Source: Basidiobolus meristosporus CBS 931.73
Taxonomy: Eukaryota > Fungi > Basidiobolomycota
Direction: 5' to 3'
NCBI GenBank assembly: GCA_002104905.1
Contig: MCFE01000169.1
Location: 1 to 64,000 of the forward strand
Length of the DNA: 64,000 nt
The position numbers and the translations under genes were made by a program. The notes beneath the pieces are model-generated. The model saw only the letters and a program-made list of their open reading frames with translations, made no database searches and was not told where the DNA came from. Below are positions 59,463-64,000 of the stretch, piece by piece. Every line of letters begins with the position of its first letter. Positions within the stretch are counted from its first letter, which is position 1.

Positions 59463-59856
59463 ATATGTAGTAAGGCAGGAAGAGGAGATAAAATGCAAGC
59501 ACTCCCATATACAAACTTGCTCAAGAATATCACATCATTATCCAAGATGCATGTGATGATTTGGTATTTGAAGAACAGTGATGACAGAGTGAAAGAAAGC
59601 AAGAATAGGCTCACGCATGGATATATATACAAATATATGATAGTGAAGAAAAATCTGCTAAAAAAATGGATGAAAGGTTGAGGCAGCCAGAGCTATAGTT
59701 GATGCTACAAATGATAAATTTATTAATAGGAAAGCTTCAGGTCAGTATTCCAGATATCTGCTGGTCACAGGCACAATACTATACCTTCTTACATGGTGTC
59801 CACTAATGGGAGATAGTTCAAATGGTGTTGACAGCTGAAAGGTACTAATAACATGA

Positions 59857-60599
59857 TAGACTTGTTCCATTAGATAGTGCCACATTGAGCCATGAGTGCC
59901 AAATACTGCCAAATAGTGTCATTGTGTGCCAGAGAGGATATAGCAGACCTAAGCTTGGACAAAGAGTGTGAAACATAGCTCTGCATCTTCATGTAAAGCA
60001 GCCACTTTGTTTTGCATATCATGCTAGAAAAAATCAATTTTTTGACTTTTTTTTTGTATCAAAGTTGTGCAGGATACAGAAGAGCTAAAAAGATTGAAGA
60101 CATGCATCAGGTACTCAGTACTCATGGCACTCTGAATCTAGCTCCTGTGGTATGTATCATGTCACAAAGATGCATGGCACTATCCTGGTCCACTGGAACT
60201 ATCTGGCACTATAAGATCTTAGTACAGGTTTTACTTTAGGGCTAATATTTAAATATAATGTTCTGTAGCACTAGTGGACCAAGATAGTGCCACATACCTC
60301 TGTGTCATGATACAAGCCACAGGAGCTAGATCTGGAGTGCCATGGGTATTGAGTACCAGATACATGTCTTCAACTTTTTTGAGCTCTTACACATCCTGCA
60401 CAACTTTGATCCAAACAAAAGGTCAAAAAAAGGATTTTCTCCAGCATGATGTGTGAAACACAGGGGCTGCTTTGGATGAATATGAAGAGCTGTGTTTCAC
60501 ACTCTGTGGCCATGTAAAGGTACTCTTGGCCTCCCTGGCATACTATGGCATCATTTGGCACTCATCGCTCAACATGGCACTATCCAATGGTAAAGTCTA
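59857..60599. mobile_element. Foldback element FB, second full copy
   Basis: TAGACTT...AAGTCTA ends, same arms, with the spacer inverted relative to the 58727 copy. Confidence 0.88.
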
Positions 60600-63500
60600 A
60601 TATTCTCCATTGAAGATATCTTCAAATATATGTGATTGGCTCAAAGTGTAAACTGTACAACTTAACTTGGCAGTATTCATTTGATTGCATCAAAGTTTTC
60701 AGATGGGGTTCATTGAAATATATTTAGAAAATGAATACTGGCTGCCACTATTGGCAGTAAATCCATGCAAGTTTGATACTTGGTAAAAGCAGCATACTTT
60801 GGTTATAATGCCATATAGCCATTAATACCTGATGGTTTTAGTACTAGCTTTGAGTGACATGTAGCCAGTTTCATTATATCTCTCCATTTCTATCACATTA
60901 GTTGCTTCTTGCCAAGTGGCAAAACTTCAGCAAGTAGCAGCAGTAAGTCCTCAGACCTCTGTTACTAATGAAAGTGGAAACATGCCATTTCACTGACTTC
61001 TTAATATCAGATTTGTGCAGAAAAATAATGGCCATGTTTTTTGAAGCATTCTTCATGCTGTATTTGAGTTTAACGTCTAAAAAGCTTGCTACAGTAGTAT
61101 CATGGTCTCTTATTATGTAGTCTATATTATTTCATGCAAAGTAGTTGCTGCCTTGAGGGAGAATTGATCTACAATAATCATTATGGCACTACTATCTTGT
61201 TTTTGAGCTGGACATTCTACTTGTTTTAAACTGTCCCATATATGCAGCATTATCACCATATAAAAGCTAGAAATATACCTTGCAATGTAAGAATAACAAT
61301 TTGCTCAAAACGCACTCACTGACTAAAAACTATGTGAGAGAGTGGTCATAAGCATATACAGATCCCTTATGTTTTGTGTCAAAAGAAAATTGAATCCATG
61401 CTATGGTGAAAAACATGGTAAAATTTGAAAATTTACTTCCCCCATGATTTCATTAATAGGCTCTTATTTATCTCATTTTTTCTTTTCAAACCTCAGATAA
61501 TTCTCATTACTTCCTTGTATGGACTGGTACATAAGACTAGGGATTCTATTGTGCCTTTCCCAACCTTACACTCAATTAGTAGCTTCATCAAGACCCACCA
61601 TCCCAATAGCCTTGTGCCTGCTTTTTTCCACTCCTTCCCATACATGTTGTGAGCAGTGGAGACTTACTTGTACAGTGCAGTACTTTGGCTAGTGACTCCA
61701 TTAGCTCTCCACAAAGCTTGTATGTGTTTACTCACTCATTTCATTAAAGACCCTCTGGAGTAATCTGGAGTATATTGTTGACCTACAAACTCTACCATGG
61801 CCATTTGGATCACTTTGCATCTTTGTTGGTAGGTAGAATCTCTAAACAACTGCCTGTAGTAGGCTTGTTCTCATTCCCTACAAGTTCTCTAGCATCTTCA
61901 GACAATTGCTCAGTGCAGTATTTAAGGGGTTATAGTCATTCAAACATTGAAGACTCAAAACTCACATGGCTTACAAGCTTGAAATAATTTGTAACATTCA
62001 AACACATACAATTTTTGATCCAGCCAATCAAATTAGATCTCATTTTCACAGGTGCTGCAACTATATCCACTCAGACTAAACACAAATATCAGCTTTGCAG
62101 CAGATGTATGTCACATGCAATCACTTGCAGAGCTTGATCCTGCCGGGATTTCATATACATAATCCATCCAGCTATTTTTTCAGTAGAGAAACTCTCCTTC
62201 TAAGATTTTAAGTACAAGATTCACAAAGTAAAGGTAGCTTTATTCATTGTATAAGTATACACCTCTGCAACAATGTAGAAGTTATTGTACGTTGGACTTT
62301 AAGACTGCCTCAAGTGTTATGTTACCCTGATTTCACAAGCACAACTTTCACTGTTGAGTGTCTTAGCCTTGGTCAGCACTACTACTATTTAGTGACTGCT
62401 TAGTACACAAGCGTGTCTCTAAGTTCTACAGACCAAACTACAGCTCTTCTACAGATTTTGGCCTTGTTTGGTTTGATAGAAAAGTCCCCTTTGGGTGACC
62501 TAATTATGTTAAAGAAACTCCTTTAGACACCTCTTTGGGTGTAAAGTCCTCATTAGAAGCCTTCTACAGCAGGCCTATGTGAGATCTCTTTAAGAAATCC
62601 TCAAGGTTAATGCAGAGTTGGGAATTTTCAAATAAGGAAGCTTGTTTCCAGTAAAGATATTTATTTGCAAATAAGGAATTTGTAGATTGTAGGAAATAAG
62701 CCAATTTGTCAAGAAACATCTAATAATAGCTAGCAGAGCAATTTACAGCACTTCTCAGCTGAAATTCATAAAGTACACTGAAAGTGAAAGTATTATCTTC
62801 CATCAAAGTATTAAAACTCCTTAATTACATGAAATCCAGTATACAGATATAGGAAGTTGTAAATTTTCAGATTAGTGTCAAAGGACTTATTTACATTCTA
62901 GCATTTTACTAGCTACTTGCTACTGCTATGCCACTTGTTGGGAACTGTCTGCCACACCAGAGTCAGGCTCTTTATAACTTAACATTTCCTTATATAATGT
63001 TCCTGGTTTACTGTCTTGGATAGTGTCTATACTTCATAAGATATTTTCAAAGTAATTAATGCCAGCCCAGGACCAGTTTGCATGCCTGAATCCAGGATAG
63101 TATGAATGAAGCTGCTCTAGTACCAGATGTTTTTCTTTGGGGGGCTCATTGTCCAAACCCTTTTCCAATCCTTACACAATATCATATCTAATATCAGGAG
63201 TCTTCTCAATACTAGTCTTCTCTTTATCATTGCATTTAAAGGCATCTTGTGTATTCAATATCTTGTGATATCTGGGCTTGGGTATGTATACTATTCTCTC
63301 TACTGCCAAAGCAAGCTTCTGAATTACTGAACTTTGATTTATGCAGGTTATGGTGCTTGGCTCTGATGAATCTGGCTTTCAAATTCTTTTTAGTAGAATA
63401 TATAGGCTAATGAGGCAAAATAATAGAGTATAGTGGGATTAGTAATTTGATGGGAGGTGCAACAAGCCTATATAAATTGTTTACTATGGGTTAAAGTCAA

Positions 63501-64000
63501 CCCATCTAGGCTTTATAAGAAACCAATGACTTGTACATGAGAATATCCAAGCCTGCAACAACTCAGCTAAAAACAATATATCAGCACCATTGTGCTGATC
63601 ATGAAATAAATTACCCTCATGAACACAGCTGCTTTAACAAAATAGCAAAGACAAATAGAGAAAAGACTTATCAAAAGTTCCTGCCCCTGGAATAGTGATC
63701 CAATACAAAAATAGAGATTTAGGATGGGCCTAGAGTGAAGTGGCTGACTTCAAGGACCTGGGCATAGTGATGCCAGCTCAGATCTACCTTGGTCCTGGTG
63801 ATAAATTTTGGGATCTAAAACCTTTATCAAGGTGCCAAGAATTTTGATCATGCATATTGCTCCATGTAACAACAGTGGAAGTCCAGGGCCTAGGCAAGGT
63901 AATGTAAATGAGATATAGAGCCTTGGTCTAGATGCTGAAGGTTGTAATATTGAATATTGCTCAATCTCATGAGAATTGAGATCTAAAACTTGGGTCCAGG

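Noticed and set aside
60600-64000. AT-rich, CpG-depleted tail with faint hAT- or LINE-like fragments
   Set aside because: No alignable domain or terminal structure was seen by eye. Left unannotated.

Overview
Eukaryotic, most likely fungal, genomic DNA. The lineage cannot be fixed from sequence alone; an early-diverging fungus is plausible but is inference. The window has two halves. (1) About 0-39.6 kb is a birth-and-death cluster of small, intronless, secreted-protein genes from three families I do not recognise, here called A, B and C. They recur as a module C(-) | shared promoter | B(+) - A(+). Seven copies look intact and more than a dozen are pseudogenes or remnants. Interspersed are a LysM-domain gene or pseudogene missed by the ORF track (241-429, minus), a 65-aa six-cysteine beta-defensin-like peptide gene (11182-11379), two other orphan small ORFs, an intact tRNA-Leu(CAG) and a truncated copy of it. 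(2) From about 17 kb, and dominantly from 34.7 to 64 kb, the DNA is CpG-depleted and transposon-derived. It holds a full-length Ty1/copia element with TSDs, a second truncated copia, solo LTRs, a PIF/Harbinger- or ISL2EU-type transposase and a nested stack: Ty3/gypsy G1 > chromovirus G2 > solo LTR. G2 has a Tf1-like self-priming signature and a GGGAAAC -1 frameshift site. Near-perfect 740-bp foldback elements follow. All coordinates and alignments were read by eye; no database search was run.
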